From an uncultured Candidatus Saccharibacteria bacterium (GTDB taxonomy: Bacteria; Patescibacteriota; Minisyncoccia; Phycocordibacterales; Zambryskibacteraceae), in the NCBI GenBank assembly GCA_964516975.1, contig CAZFAS010000002.1, positions 4,818-68,817 on the forward strand: DNA of 64,000 nt. The letters run 5' to 3'. Made by a program: the position numbers and the translations under genes. Of the stretch, positions 1 through 9,518 are shown in pieces (within the stretch, counting starts at the first letter, position 1; the number at the start of each line of letters is the position of its first letter). Below the pieces are notes generated by a model. The model was not told the origin of the DNA and ran no database searches. It was given only the letters and a program-made list of their open reading frames with translations.

Positions 1-1
1 C

Positions 2-73
2 ATTGGTACAACTGGAAAGGCAACAGGGCCACATTTACACTTTGAAATTCGAGGAGCACGCAATCCATTTTAA
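2..73 (+). CDS. M23 family metallopeptidase, C-terminal end (partial)
   Basis: Translates IGTTGKATGPHLHFEIRGARNPF*; GxTGxxTGPHLHFE is the M23 signature. Confidence 0.9.
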   Translation: MGTTGKATGPHLHFEIRGARNPF

Positions 74-135
74 TCCGGGTTTGCTTTTGGGCGCTTTGTT
101 AAGCGTTCAGAATCAAATCTAGATAATATACCGAT

Positions 136-158
136 AAAAACCCCAGTATGGGGTTTTT
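136..158 (+). terminator. Intrinsic terminator
   Basis: aaaaacccca-gta-tggggttttt hairpin downstream of the M23 gene. Confidence 0.7.
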
Positions 159-211
159 GTTTTGCACCGTTCATGAAAGACAATCGTTTTATGTGGTGGT
201 ATATTGTGGTT

Positions 212-1063
212 ATGAAAGCTATGCTAAGCGCGTTTTATAAAAATCCTATTGTGAAAGCGATACTCGCGCTACTAATTTTTGCACTGATCATTCTGATCTC
301 TAAGGCGATTACTGAAAATAATATTGTTTTTCAAGATAATTCTCAATCGAGCGCTGTAAAAGGTTCAGATGGACACAATGATGCTGATTATTACTATGAA
401 TTAGGAAGGATAAATGAGAATGTTGGTGACCGTACACAAGCCCATGAAAACTTCGGTAAAGCACTTTCTTTGATGTCTCCGCATGACCCAAGAATTCCTG
501 CAATTTACGTGTATTTGGCTCGACTTGAATTTCAGTCAGACGAAAATCCAACTGAGGAAAATAAAAAAGAGATTCAAAGATACGCTGATCTTCTTATAAA
601 AGATGGCAATACTGCAAAAGAAAAGGCGTGGGGCTACGCATTGCTTTTAGAGTTGTATCATATGGAAGATAGACAGGAGGAAGCAATTGCAGCAGGAAAA
701 AAGGCGCTTGAATTGCAACCAAACGACCCGTCACTGCTCCATGTTCTAGCCGAAGGTTATATGGAGGCTCATATTGGAGGAAAAGAGTTTTACTACACGA
801 ATTACCTCGATGAGACCATAGACGCACTTGAAACTTCATTGAAATCTCAAAGAACGCAATCACATTCGCTCTATCTTCTCGGTGTTGCGTATTGGTATAA
901 AGGTGAGTCTAAGAAAGCGTACGATTTATGGTTAGAAGCGAAGAGGGCGCTACCCACAGATCCTTATTATCCAGATTGGTATAAACCAATTCTTGGAAAA
1001 GATATTGATGAAGCCCTAGAAGATCCAAACATTCTAAAGGCAATGGAATACAGAAAACAATAA
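212..1063 (+). CDS. Membrane-anchored tetratricopeptide-repeat protein
   Basis: N-terminal TM helix; TPR-like helices (YYELGRI..A...F.KAL, YLLGVAYW..GE..KA); start could be 173-221. Confidence 0.7.
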   Translation: MKAMLSAFYKNPIVKAILALLIFALIILISKAITENNIVFQDNSQSSAVKGSDGHNDADYYYELGRINENVGDRTQAHENFGKALSLMSPHDPRIPAIYVYLARLEFQSDENPTEENKKEIQRYADLLIKDGNTAKEKAWGYALLLELYHMEDRQEEAIAAGKKALELQPNDPSLLHVLAEGYMEAHIGGKEFYYTNYLDETIDALETSLKSQRTQSHSLYLLGVAYWYKGESKKAYDLWLEAKRALPTDPYYPDWYKPILGKDIDEALEDPNILKAMEYRKQ

Positions 1064-1082
1064 ACCGCCTGAGGGCGGTTTA
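1061..1082. terminator. Bidirectional terminator
   Basis: taaaccgcc-tgag-ggcggttta between convergent stop codons. Confidence 0.75.
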
Positions 1083-2618
1083 TTGTTTTCTTGGTCTGTA
1101 TTGGATTGCTTCGAGAATGTGTTTTGTGAGGACAATATCTGATTCATCTAGGTCTGCGATCGTTCGAGCTACTTTAATGATTTTGTGATATACCCTTGGT
1201 GAAAGGTTGAGTTGCTGTGCAGAGTTGTTGAGAAGAGTTTTTGCTTCTTTGTCGAGCTGAATAAGGGTAACAAGGTCACGCGCTGACATTTCAGCATTCG
1301 TTTTTTTATTCAGACCACGCATCCGATCTTCCTGTTTTTGTCTTGCCTGCACCACTCTTGATCGAACATTGCTCGATTTTTCTCCTTTGTACATGTCTTC
1401 TGAAAGTTTTTCATGTTCGATTCTGGGAACATCGAGCCATATATCAATACGCTCAAGAATCGGTCCTGATATTTTTCTTTGATACCTAGTTAGGTGTAAT
1501 GGAGAACAAATGCATTCTTTCCCTTTAAATCCATAATTACCGCATGGGCATGGATTCATGGCGGCAACAAGAACAAAGTTTGCTGGGAAAAGTGCGCTGC
1601 CTTTTGCTCGAGTAACTGAGACTACCCTGTCTTCCAGTGGTTGCCTGAGCGCATCAATAACTCGTCTTTCAAATTCTGGGAATTCATCGAGGAATAAAAC
1701 ACCTTTATGTGCCAAGGTTACCTCGCCAGGTTTTGGTGTCGTACCCCCGCCAACAATTGAAACATATGATGCAGTGTGATGTGGTGAACGAAATGGTGGT
1801 TCAACAGCAAGTCCATCTTGCAGCGTTCCAGCGATTGAATGGATTGATGTAACTTCCAATATTTCATCAAATGTTAATGGTGGAAGTATTCCCATAAATG
1901 CGCGTGCAAGCATCGTCTTCCCAGTTCCTGGTGGACCATAGAGTGCAACATTGTGACCTCCTGCTGCAGCAATTTCGAGTCCTCGTTTTGCATTTTCTTG
2001 TCCGCGGACATCCGCAAAATCAAAACCACTAAATATTTTTTCAGCGCGTATTTTTGTTTTTGGTTCAGCTGAAATCTCAGAGTGCTTAATCTCAGAATCT
2101 TTCGTATTAATATGTGCAATAACGTCGGTTAGCGATTCAGCTCCATATATTTTAATTCCATCAATAAGTGCCGCTTCCTGCGCGTTGTGTTTTGGAACAA
2201 ATACTTTTTTAAATCCTTTTTGTTTTGCTTCAAGAACAAGGGGTAGTGTTCCAGTAATACCTCGAAGTCTTCCATCAAGTGATAATTCCCCTAAAAATAA
2301 AATATCATTCGTTTCAAAATATATATCTTCGCTTGCGAGTAAGTATGCAATCGCCATCCCGAGATCGAAGAAAGGTCCCTCTTTTTTTATTTCTGCTGGT
2401 GCTAAAGAAATGGTAACTTTTTGATTTTTATTTTTAGGAGATTTGAAACCTGAATTTTTTATTGCAGCAGAAATTCGATCTCTCGATTCTTCAACTGCCT
2501 TATCTGGAAGTCCGACAATAGAAAAAGAATGAAGACCTTTTGAAATATCAACTTCTATATCAATAATGTGAGCTTTGAGGAGAGATGTTTGCGCGCTGTG
2601 TACTTTCGCAAAGCTCAT
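1080..2618 (-). CDS. comM: YifB/ComM family Mg-chelatase-like AAA+ ATPase
   Basis: IVGLPDKAVEESRDR, GPPGTGKT, PFRSPHH, GVLFLDE, AAMNPCPCG motifs. Confidence 0.93.
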   Translation of the reverse strand: MSFAKVHSAQTSLLKAHIIDIEVDISKGLHSFSIVGLPDKAVEESRDRISAAIKNSGFKSPKNKNQKVTISLAPAEIKKEGPFFDLGMAIAYLLASEDIYFETNDILFLGELSLDGRLRGITGTLPLVLEAKQKGFKKVFVPKHNAQEAALIDGIKIYGAESLTDVIAHINTKDSEIKHSEISAEPKTKIRAEKIFSGFDFADVRGQENAKRGLEIAAAGGHNVALYGPPGTGKTMLARAFMGILPPLTFDEILEVTSIHSIAGTLQDGLAVEPPFRSPHHTASYVSIVGGGTTPKPGEVTLAHKGVLFLDEFPEFERRVIDALRQPLEDRVVSVTRAKGSALFPANFVLVAAMNPCPCGNYGFKGKECICSPLHLTRYQRKISGPILERIDIWLDVPRIEHEKLSEDMYKGEKSSNVRSRVVQARQKQEDRMRGLNKKTNAEMSARDLVTLIQLDKEAKTLLNNSAQQLNLSPRVYHKIIKVARTIADLDESDIVLTKHILEAIQYRPRKQ

Positions 2619-2623
2619 GGTAG

Positions 2624-2989
2624 TTACATATGGAGTGTGCAGGTTGCAGCAGCTGGGTTTACTTTAAGTCTGTCTGTTTCAATTTCTGCACCACAGACTT
2701 CGCATTTTCCAAATGCATTGTTTTCAATTTTTTCTAAAGCTTTTTTTACTTCGTGTAAACGTGTTTCGAGTTGTTTTAAAATAGCAGTGTTGTCTTCAAA
2801 TTCTTCGATAGTGTCGGCAACTTCATTTTCGTCGGCACTGAGCGCATCCATAACAGCCGGTGTTGGTTGCCAATCATCTTTGTTTTCTGGGTTCACTCTC
2901 CCTACAGTTTGGAGCTCCTTTTCTAATAAGCTGAGTTCTGTTTCAAGCTTTGTCTTTAGGTTGTGTATGTGTTCTTGGTTCATGGGCAT
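2624..2989 (-). CDS. TraR/DksA-family zinc-finger protein
   Basis: Coiled coil with acidic tip (ADENE) and C-terminal FGKCEVCG..IE..RL...P.A.TC..H. Confidence 0.85.
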   Translation of the reverse strand: MPMNQEHIHNLKTKLETELSLLEKELQTVGRVNPENKDDWQPTPAVMDALSADENEVADTIEEFEDNTAILKQLETRLHEVKKALEKIENNAFGKCEVCGAEIETDRLKVNPAAATCTLHM

Positions 2990-3031
2990 ATGATACCAAT
3001 CTCTAGGGCATATGCAAATATGGTAACCTAT

Positions 3032-4210
3032 CTAACGCGAAACACTTTGTGAGGTAATTTTTTCGTTTATATTTTCAAGAACCTTTAAGTCAGTCGTAAT
3101 CAGCAGCGTTTCTTTATTGATGAAAGAATATAGCAGAACGATTTCACCTCTATTGTTACGCAAAACACGCGCGTCCTTGTTTTGGATGGTTTCGTCTGTG
3201 AAACGAGTCTGTACTGGGATTTCAGAAGCGAGAACCTGAGTAACAGTTGGTGTCGTTGATGATGTTATTTGTTTTGAGGTTGAGGTGCCAGCATTTTTTG
3301 CTGAAGTAGAGGTTGAAGAATTTTCTGAGATGGCGACTGTGTTATTTGTGATGACAGGGGTTTGTTTTTGAATAAGATCTTTTTTAACTATTAGATGAAG
3401 ATCTTCGTACATATTTGGTTCCCATTGGAGCATGCCATCAAATGCATTTTCAAAAGATGTAAGTTTAATAATGATAAATGGTTCAGTTTGATTTGTTTTG
3501 ATAAAACCAAACATGAACTGAGAGTTAAATGCGCGTAATGCAGAACCAGGGATTTTTGTTTTTAAGATTGCAAATAAATCATCTGTAGAAATTATGTTTT
3601 CATTTTCAATGATTGTTTTTGCAAGTGCAACATAGGCCACATCTCCGGTGTTTAATGCAAGATTTTGTTTTCTTGTATTTAATGCTGATGAAAGTTTTTC
3701 TTTATCAGAGCTTGATACATTGATAGTAATTTTCTCTTTATATCCGATGAGAGTTCTATCTTCGGGCGCAACGACAATTGGGGTATTTGGCGCTCGCTTT
3801 TGAATTATATAAAATCCAACGACGGTTCCTATTCCTAGAAAAATAAATACTAGACTTGCGGCAATTGTTAAAATTTTTTTCTTTAATTCAGGATTTTCCG
3901 GTGGTTTTTCTTTTGCTTTTTCATCAACCTTTTTCTTTTCTGCGAGTGCGATTGAAAGTACTGATGCGTTTTGATTTTTGATAGCTTCTGCAGCATCGCC
4001 TTGAAAAGTTCGTAAACTTTTGATCACAATTTTTTCACCACTTGATTCTTCGGGTTGTGATTCGTTTGAGCTAAGTTGTTGTTGGTTTTGAGGCGTGCTA
4101 GCTATAGGAATTTGTACACCCGCTTTTTTTCCGGCAACAGAAATTTTTTTCTGAATTGCATCTATTTGCTCATCATTGAGTTCGATTTTTTTTGCAGAAT
4201 TATCAGCCAT
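3032..4210 (-). CDS. Hypothetical single-pass membrane protein
   Basis: Long ORF with a central TM helix and an S/T-rich linker; no family recognised. Confidence 0.7.
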   Translation of the reverse strand: MADNSAKKIELNDEQIDAIQKKISVAGKKAGVQIPIASTPQNQQQLSSNESQPEESSGEKIVIKSLRTFQGDAAEAIKNQNASVLSIALAEKKKVDEKAKEKPPENPELKKKILTIAASLVFIFLGIGTVVGFYIIQKRAPNTPIVVAPEDRTLIGYKEKITINVSSSDKEKLSSALNTRKQNLALNTGDVAYVALAKTIIENENIISTDDLFAILKTKIPGSALRAFNSQFMFGFIKTNQTEPFIIIKLTSFENAFDGMLQWEPNMYEDLHLIVKKDLIQKQTPVITNNTVAISENSSTSTSAKNAGTSTSKQITSSTTPTVTQVLASEIPVQTRFTDETIQNKDARVLRNNRGEIVLLYSFINKETLLITTDLKVLENINEKITSQSVSR

Positions 4211-4284
4211 AGTTTTCAAAGATATATTTTACCATATCACTCTTGTCACACTCTATACAATTATGTAAACACACAAAATAGTTG

Positions 4285-4827
4285 CTACTGTTCGTTCGTA
4301 GGTTGTCGTCTTTGGCGTGGGTTACCAAGAAGATATTTTCTTGGTGATGCATCGAGGTCGATGAAGTCATCAGCGTATTCAATAAGTCTGCCTGATGTAG
4401 ATTTTCCAAATGAAACCACTTCGACTTGGCATCCATGTGTATTTCGTAGATATTCGATGAGTGGAATGAAATCACCATCTCCAGAAACAAGTATCACAGT
4501 ATCAAGTTTGTGTCCCATTTTTACGGCATCGATTGCGATACCAACATCCCAATCAGCTTTTTTAGATCCGCCATAAAATATCTGGAGGTTTTTTGTCTTT
4601 GTTTCAATTCCAGCTTTTTCTAATGCTTCAAAAAAATTCTTCTCCTCCCCACTTTCAGTAGTGATCACGTATGCGATCGCGCGGATAAGATGTCTACCAG
4701 CAAGCGCATCTTTTACTACTTGGCTGAAGTTTACTCTGCTTTTGTATAAATTTTTCGCACTGTGATAGAGATTCTGTGTATCAATAAAAATTCCAACTCT
4801 TTGTTCTTTATGTTTTATAACTGACAT
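4285..4827 (-). CDS. NYN domain (LabA/DUF88) protein
   Basis: IFIDTQNLY, KADWDVGIAID, LVSGDGDF, ADDFIDL motifs. Confidence 0.9.
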   Translation of the reverse strand: MSVIKHKEQRVGIFIDTQNLYHSAKNLYKSRVNFSQVVKDALAGRHLIRAIAYVITTESGEEKNFFEALEKAGIETKTKNLQIFYGGSKKADWDVGIAIDAVKMGHKLDTVILVSGDGDFIPLIEYLRNTHGCQVEVVSFGKSTSGRLIEYADDFIDLDASPRKYLLGNPRQRRQPTNEQ

Positions 4828-4875
4828 ATATATTGTATTAAAATCAAAAAAGAGCCGGAGCTCTTTTTGGGGTGA

Positions 4876-5148
4876 CTAAGCTTTCTTTTTTAAACCGAGC
4901 TTCTTTGAAAGCGCACTAAATCTTTTTGGATCTTTCTTTTGCAGATAGTTCATTTGTGACTGTCGTTCTGAAACCATTGAGAGGAGGCCTCTTCGTGAGT
5001 GGTTATCCTTCTGGTGTTTCTTGAGGTGAGAAGCTAATTCCTCGATTCTCTTTGTTAATAGAGAAATCTGAACCTCAGGAGAACCTGTGTCCGTATCGTG
5101 GATTTTCACCTCTTTTATAATTTTTTGCTTCTTTGTTTTCGTAATCAT
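4876..5148 (-). CDS. rpsO: 30S ribosomal protein S15
   Basis: DTGSPEVQI...HLKKH.KD.HSRRGLL. Confidence 0.97.
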   Translation of the reverse strand: MITKTKKQKIIKEVKIHDTDTGSPEVQISLLTKRIEELASHLKKHQKDNHSRRGLLSMVSERQSQMNYLQKKDPKRFSALSKKLGLKKKA

Positions 5149-5267
5149 TGTTCGACTACAGTATCATGAAACTCCATATATTGCAAGCTAAATTCCGCGC
5201 TCGGGTATAGGGGTACTTTTAGTTAAAATTAGGTATAATTATTGTGCGACATTGTAGTAAATCTCAT

Positions 5268-6182
5268 ATGGACTTACCAATTTTAAAAAAAGAGTTTCTC
5301 GAGCACCTAGAAATAGAGAAAGGGAGAAGTTTGAAGACAATAGAGAATTATGACCGGTACCTCACTACCTTTCTATTGTATGCAAAGATTAAGAAACCTA
5401 AGGATATTACTGACAGTCTCATTCGAGAATATAGGTTGTGGCTCAACAGAAAGGATTCTGGTAACAGGAAGGGTCCTAAGGAGAGTATAAAGAAAAGGAC
5501 TCAAAACTATTATCTCATTGCACTTCGAGCGTTCTTAAAGTATCTCATGAAGCGCAATATCCCCTCTCTACCACCTGAACGTATCGAATTGGCCAAGGTT
5601 CCAGAACGCTCACTCGATCTTATCAATTCAGATGAGCTTTTGAGGATTATGAAGGCTCCCACTGGAAATGATGTAAAAAGTCTAAGGGATAAGGCGATAC
5701 TAGAGCTCCTTTTTTCAACGGGTCTTCGTGTGTCCGAGCTCTGTTCCCTCTCTCGAGATTTGGATTTAAGTCGTGATGAGTTTTCTGTTCGAGGAAAGGG
5801 TGAAAAGGTGAGAGTGGTATTCATCTCCCCTATAGCGAAGGAGTCAATAAAGGAGTATTTGAAGAAAAGAACCGATATGGAGGACGCGCTGTTTGTAAAT
5901 ATTGGGAGAAATACCAATGCAAAGGAAGAAAAAAGGCTTACATCGCGCTCTATTGAGAGGATTGTAAAATACTATGCAATTAAAGCTGGAATATCTAAAA
6001 AGGTTACCCCGCATGTTATTCGTCACAGCTTCGCAACTGATTTACTCCAAAATGGTGCAGATATTCGATCAGTACAGATGCTACTTGGACATGCAAACAT
6101 AGGAACAACACAGATTTATACCCATATTACGGATAAGCATCTCCGTGAGGTACACAAGAAGTTCCACAACAAAAGGCAGTAA
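5268..6182 (+). CDS. XerC/XerD-family tyrosine recombinase
   Basis: SAM-like N domain; catalytic residues in TGLRVSEL, GKG, HVIRHSFAT, LGHA, TQIY. Confidence 0.93.
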   Translation: MDLPILKKEFLEHLEIEKGRSLKTIENYDRYLTTFLLYAKIKKPKDITDSLIREYRLWLNRKDSGNRKGPKESIKKRTQNYYLIALRAFLKYLMKRNIPSLPPERIELAKVPERSLDLINSDELLRIMKAPTGNDVKSLRDKAILELLFSTGLRVSELCSLSRDLDLSRDEFSVRGKGEKVRVVFISPIAKESIKEYLKKRTDMEDALFVNIGRNTNAKEEKRLTSRSIERIVKYYAIKAGISKKVTPHVIRHSFATDLLQNGADIRSVQMLLGHANIGTTQIYTHITDKHLREVHKKFHNKRQ

Positions 6183-6218
6183 ATATACATAACAACCTTT
6201 GATTGTTACAATTGTAGA

Positions 6219-6983
6219 ATGAAAATTATCTCTTGGAATGTAAATGGGCTCAGAGCAACTCATAAAAAAGGGGCGTTTGATTGGTTACTAAAGGAAAGTC
6301 CAGATATCTTCTGTTTTCAAGAGACAAAGGCAACTCCCGATCAATTACCTGACGAAGTGCGTAATCCTGCTGGGTATACATCGTATTTTAATTTCCCTAA
6401 GGAAAAGAAAGGCTATAGTGGAGTAGGTTTGTATACAAAAGAGCAACCTCTCGATGTATTCTATGGAATGAAAAAAGGAGAATCTGATTTTGAAGGAAGG
6501 ATTGTGGGTGCAGAGTATGCAAGATTCTACTTACTCAATGTTTACTTCCCTAATGGAGGCGGTGGACCTGATCGATTGGCATATAAGCTAGCTTTCTACG
6601 ATGAATTTTTGAAATGTACTCAGAAGCTAAGAAAAAAGAAGCCAGTTATTTTCTGCGGAGATGTGAATACTGCCCACACAGAGATAGATCTCGCGCGTCC
6701 GAAGGAGAATATAGAGAATACAGGGTTTCTTCCTATAGAAAGGGCGTGGATAGATGAAGTTATTGGAAAAGGCTATGTCGATATATACAGAGATTTACAT
6801 AAGAATGAAAAAGGAAAATATACATATTGGGATATGAAAACATTTGCTAGGGATAGAAATGTAGGATGGAGAATAGACTATTTTTTTGTAAGTAAAGAAT
6901 TAGAAAAATTTGTAAAAAATGCAGAAATTCTCACAGACGTACACGGATCAGATCATTGTCCTATAGAGATAGAAATATTTTAA
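6219..6983 (+). CDS. xth: Exodeoxyribonuclease III
   Basis: SWNVNGLR, QETK, GDVN, GWRIDYF, GSDHCP. Confidence 0.95.
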   Translation: MKIISWNVNGLRATHKKGAFDWLLKESPDIFCFQETKATPDQLPDEVRNPAGYTSYFNFPKEKKGYSGVGLYTKEQPLDVFYGMKKGESDFEGRIVGAEYARFYLLNVYFPNGGGGPDRLAYKLAFYDEFLKCTQKLRKKKPVIFCGDVNTAHTEIDLARPKENIENTGFLPIERAWIDEVIGKGYVDIYRDLHKNEKGKYTYWDMKTFARDRNVGWRIDYFFVSKELEKFVKNAEILTDVHGSDHCPIEIEIF

Positions 6984-6989
6984 AGGACA

Positions 6990-6998
6990 TTATCCACA
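6990..6998 (+). promoter_or_regulatory. DnaA box
   Basis: Perfect TTATCCACA, intergenic, just upstream of a sigma70-like promoter. Confidence 0.5.
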
Positions 6999-7039
6999 GT
7001 TTTTATTTGTATGTCTTTTATTTCTGCACTATACTACAT

Positions 7040-7249
7040 GAGGACGTTTCGGCAGAAGTTCTCGGACAAAAGCTGGAGCATTAGTTCTTTAGAGTCTGCA
7101 GGCTCGAAAGGTCACCTGGTTTGATACATAGCGGAAGTCATTACATCTCCGCACTTATATTTTTTTCGGATGTATGATCCGAATGTTATCACTCTGTGTG
7201 ACACTTTCACCCCGAAGCCGCTCAACCGCAACGTGAGCGGTTTCTTTTT
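7040..7249 (+). ncRNA. Candidate structured ncRNA (unknown family)
   Basis: TTGTAT-17-TATACT promoter (7007-7035), five consecutive hairpins, terminator hairpin plus U-run, between convergent genes. Confidence 0.5.
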
Positions 7250-7259
7250 GCCTATTTTC

Positions 7260-8732
7260 TTATTTTACCCAGTATTTACCTCGTATTTTCTCTAGAATTT
7301 TACCTTCTTCCTCTTCTTTTTTTGTCTTACCACTTGCACCCAATTTCATAAGTTCTTCGTCTGTCAGCTTATCAAGCTCCCCTGCTCTCTCAATTAACAA
7401 TTTTTTTGTATTCAGTTCAGGTTTTTCGAGTACTTCTTCGAGAATTGCATGAAGGATATAACCAATTCTTGGTCCTGGAGGAATAGAAAGGTCATTTATA
7501 AGAGTATTTCCATCTATGTTCAGCATGCTAACAGAGATTGGATCATGCATTGCTTCCTCAACCATAGATTTATATTTACGAAGCCTATATGGGTCTTCTT
7601 TTGGCCTTCCTGTCCCGATTCGGTCGCATATGCGAACATTCATTAGGTCCCATACATTCTCTTTACCTACGTTAGAAATGAGCCTTCTAACGGCAGATAA
7701 AGTAATTTGCTCTGTATCAGAGAAGAACATGTGCCATCTGACAAGTTTTACAACTTGTTCTGTTAGTTCTTTTGGAAATCGAAGATCACGCATGATTTCC
7801 CTCGTGACTCTCTCCCCAACTACTTCGTGGCCATAGAATGTCCATTCTTCTTTTTCTTTTGACCATCTTCTCGTTTCTGGCTTAGAAATATCATGAAATA
7901 ACGCTGCCAGTCTTATGTGGAGTGGCCATTCTTTGTCTGCTGCATGTTGTACTGATTTGAGTAAGTGGGTCCACACATCGAAAGCATGAGCTTTGTTCTG
8001 CTCTATGCCTACGCTCTTTTCTAGTTCAGGGACGATATACTGAAGAATAGATAGTTTTTGGCATAGAACAAGCCCGATCATTGGATTTTTCGACATGATT
8101 ATTCGTATGAATTCATCACGAACTCTTTCTTTTGCGATATTTTTCAATAAATGACCGGTTTCAGCTATTGCAAGCTTAGTGTCTTCATGAATTTCGAACC
8201 CAAGTTCAGCGTGAATACGCACAGCACGCATAATGCGAAGTCCATCTTCCTCGAATCTGTCCGTTGGCTTCCCTACTGTACGAATAATACCGCTTTGTAT
8301 GTCACCCCTTCCAAAAAATGGGTCAACTACAACGTTTTTTGAATGATTGAGTGCAATTGCGTTTATTGTGAAATCTCTTCTTTTGAGGTCATCTTCGAGT
8401 GTTGCTTCAAAAGAGACAGAGTCTGGTCTGCGATTGTCAGAGTACTTCCCTTCCGTTCGGTATGGAGTGACTTCTATTACTTTGAGAGTTTCATCCTCAG
8501 TTTCCTGAACTACTCCTACGGTTCCAAAATCATTTTCATAAAAGGTATTTTCAAATAAAGAAATGATCTGATCAGGTTTGGCGTTAGTCGTTATATCCCA
8601 ATCTTTAGGTTTATTCCCTAAATAGAGGTCTCGAACGCATCCACCGACAAGATATGCTTCAAAACCAGCATTTTCGAGAGCTGATGTTACTTGTGAAACT
8701 TCTTTTGGTACTGGAAAGACATTTTTCATCAT
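7260..8732 (-). CDS. cca: CCA tRNA nucleotidyltransferase with HD domain
   Basis: VGGCVRD, DWDITT, RRDFTINA, EDGLRIMRA, LFHDI motifs. Confidence 0.92.
   Translation of the reverse strand: MMKNVFPVPKEVSQVTSALENAGFEAYLVGGCVRDLYLGNKPKDWDITTNAKPDQIISLFENTFYENDFGTVGVVQETEDETLKVIEVTPYRTEGKYSDNRRPDSVSFEATLEDDLKRRDFTINAIALNHSKNVVVDPFFGRGDIQSGIIRTVGKPTDRFEEDGLRIMRAVRIHAELGFEIHEDTKLAIAETGHLLKNIAKERVRDEFIRIIMSKNPMIGLVLCQKLSILQYIVPELEKSVGIEQNKAHAFDVWTHLLKSVQHAADKEWPLHIRLAALFHDISKPETRRWSKEKEEWTFYGHEVVGERVTREIMRDLRFPKELTEQVVKLVRWHMFFSDTEQITLSAVRRLISNVGKENVWDLMNVRICDRIGTGRPKEDPYRLRKYKSMVEEAMHDPISVSMLNIDGNTLINDLSIPPGPRIGYILHAILEEVLEKPELNTKKLLIERAGELDKLTDEELMKLGASGKTKKEEEEGKILEKIRGKYWVK
8685..8700. promoter_or_regulatory. 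Degenerate parS-like site within cca
   Basis: TGTTACTTGTGAAACT versus TGTTNCACGTGAAACA. Confidence 0.4.
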
Positions 8733-8814
8733 CACAAGTGTAGCATTTTGTGCTCTAACTTCATACCAAAGAGATTATTTGAATATTAGTCAATTAAAGG
8801 TATGATGTTTCTAC

Positions 8815-8886
8815 GCACCTGTGGTGAAATGGATATCACAACGGTCTTCGGAACCGTTATTGTGGGTTCGAATCCTGCCAGGTGCA
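8815..8886 (+). tRNA. tRNA-Arg(UCG)
   Basis: Acceptor GCACCTG/CAGGTGC, anticodon arm ACGGT-CT-TCG-GA-ACCGT, GTTCGAATC T-loop; CCA not encoded. Confidence 0.95.
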
Positions 8887-9022
8887 CAAGTATCAAAAAA
8901 TGCCGAAAATTCGGCATTTTTTGATACTTGTGCAAGCCGGAAGCATGTTCAGCCAGCAGGCTGAACAGCTGAGGCAGGGTCGTGAAAATTTGTTTGTGAT
9001 GACAAGCAAATTATTCCTGACC
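8883..9022 (+). repeat. tRNA-attached structured element 1
   Basis: 25-bp perfect inverted repeat (8883-8934) starting in the tRNA 3' end, then core AGCCGGA..TGAGGCAGGGTCGTGA..TGACC shared with element 2. Confidence 0.75.
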
Positions 9023-9112
9023 ACTTTGTGCTTTGTATATGCTATGTAGTCCTAACCTATCGCTGCTTCCCTTTTTGCTTTTGGCTTTAGTTACGCTATA
9101 ATCGATCGTATT

Positions 9113-9183
9113 GCGGGATTAGTTTAGTGGCAAAACAACAGTTTTCCAAACTGTGGTCGGGAGTTCGATTCTCCCATCCCGCA
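9113..9183 (+). tRNA. tRNA-Gly(UCC)
   Basis: Acceptor GCGGGAT/ATCCCGC, anticodon arm ACAGT-TT-TCC-AA-ACTGT. Confidence 0.95.
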
Positions 9184-9300
9184 CAAATAAACTGCTTTAT
9201 TTGTGCTGAGAATCGAAAGCCGGAATATGTCGCTTTGCGACTATGAGGCGGGGTCGCGACCGAATATGAGAGTTGTGACCGATTCTCCCATCCCGCACAA
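9181..9300 (+). repeat. tRNA-attached structured element 2
   Basis: IR 9181-9206, antisense T-arm GAGAATCGAA 9208-9217, core, then 21-bp direct repeat of the tRNA 3' end (9166-9186 = 9280-9300). Confidence 0.8.
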
Positions 9301-9488
9301 TCGCTCCATCCCCACTAGATTCCAAGGTGTATGTACCTTTTAGGCCATTTACATGCGACGTGTATACTTTTGAATACTATGTCTTATAATGAAAAAGACT
9401 TCCTTGGATTAACACAAAGTTACTTTTCTGTACAAAAACTATATTGTTCGCAGTTATTGCACCATTTTTACGGAAAAAGTTAAGAAAC

Positions 9489-9518
9489 TGTGGATAAAAC
9501 TGGGGAAAGTGTGTATTA
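9489..9518 (-). promoter_or_regulatory. Tandem DnaA boxes
   Basis: TGTGGATAA (perfect), TGGGGAAAG (degenerate) and TGTGTATTA (1 mismatch), same orientation. Confidence 0.5.

Noticed and set aside
4244-4271. Possible dif site (TTATGTAAAC XerD-arm-like) about 1 kb from the Xer gene
   Set aside because: No matching XerC arm or inverted symmetry, and the parS cluster argues for an origin-proximal region.
7038-7124. 28-codon ORF MRTFRQKF... inside the candidate ncRNA
   Set aside because: Its ATG is only 2 nt after the -10 box, upstream of the expected TSS, and it has no SD.
9304-9315. CTCCATCCCCAC as a third, decayed copy of the tRNA-Gly 3' end
   Set aside because: Too short and degenerate to support separately.
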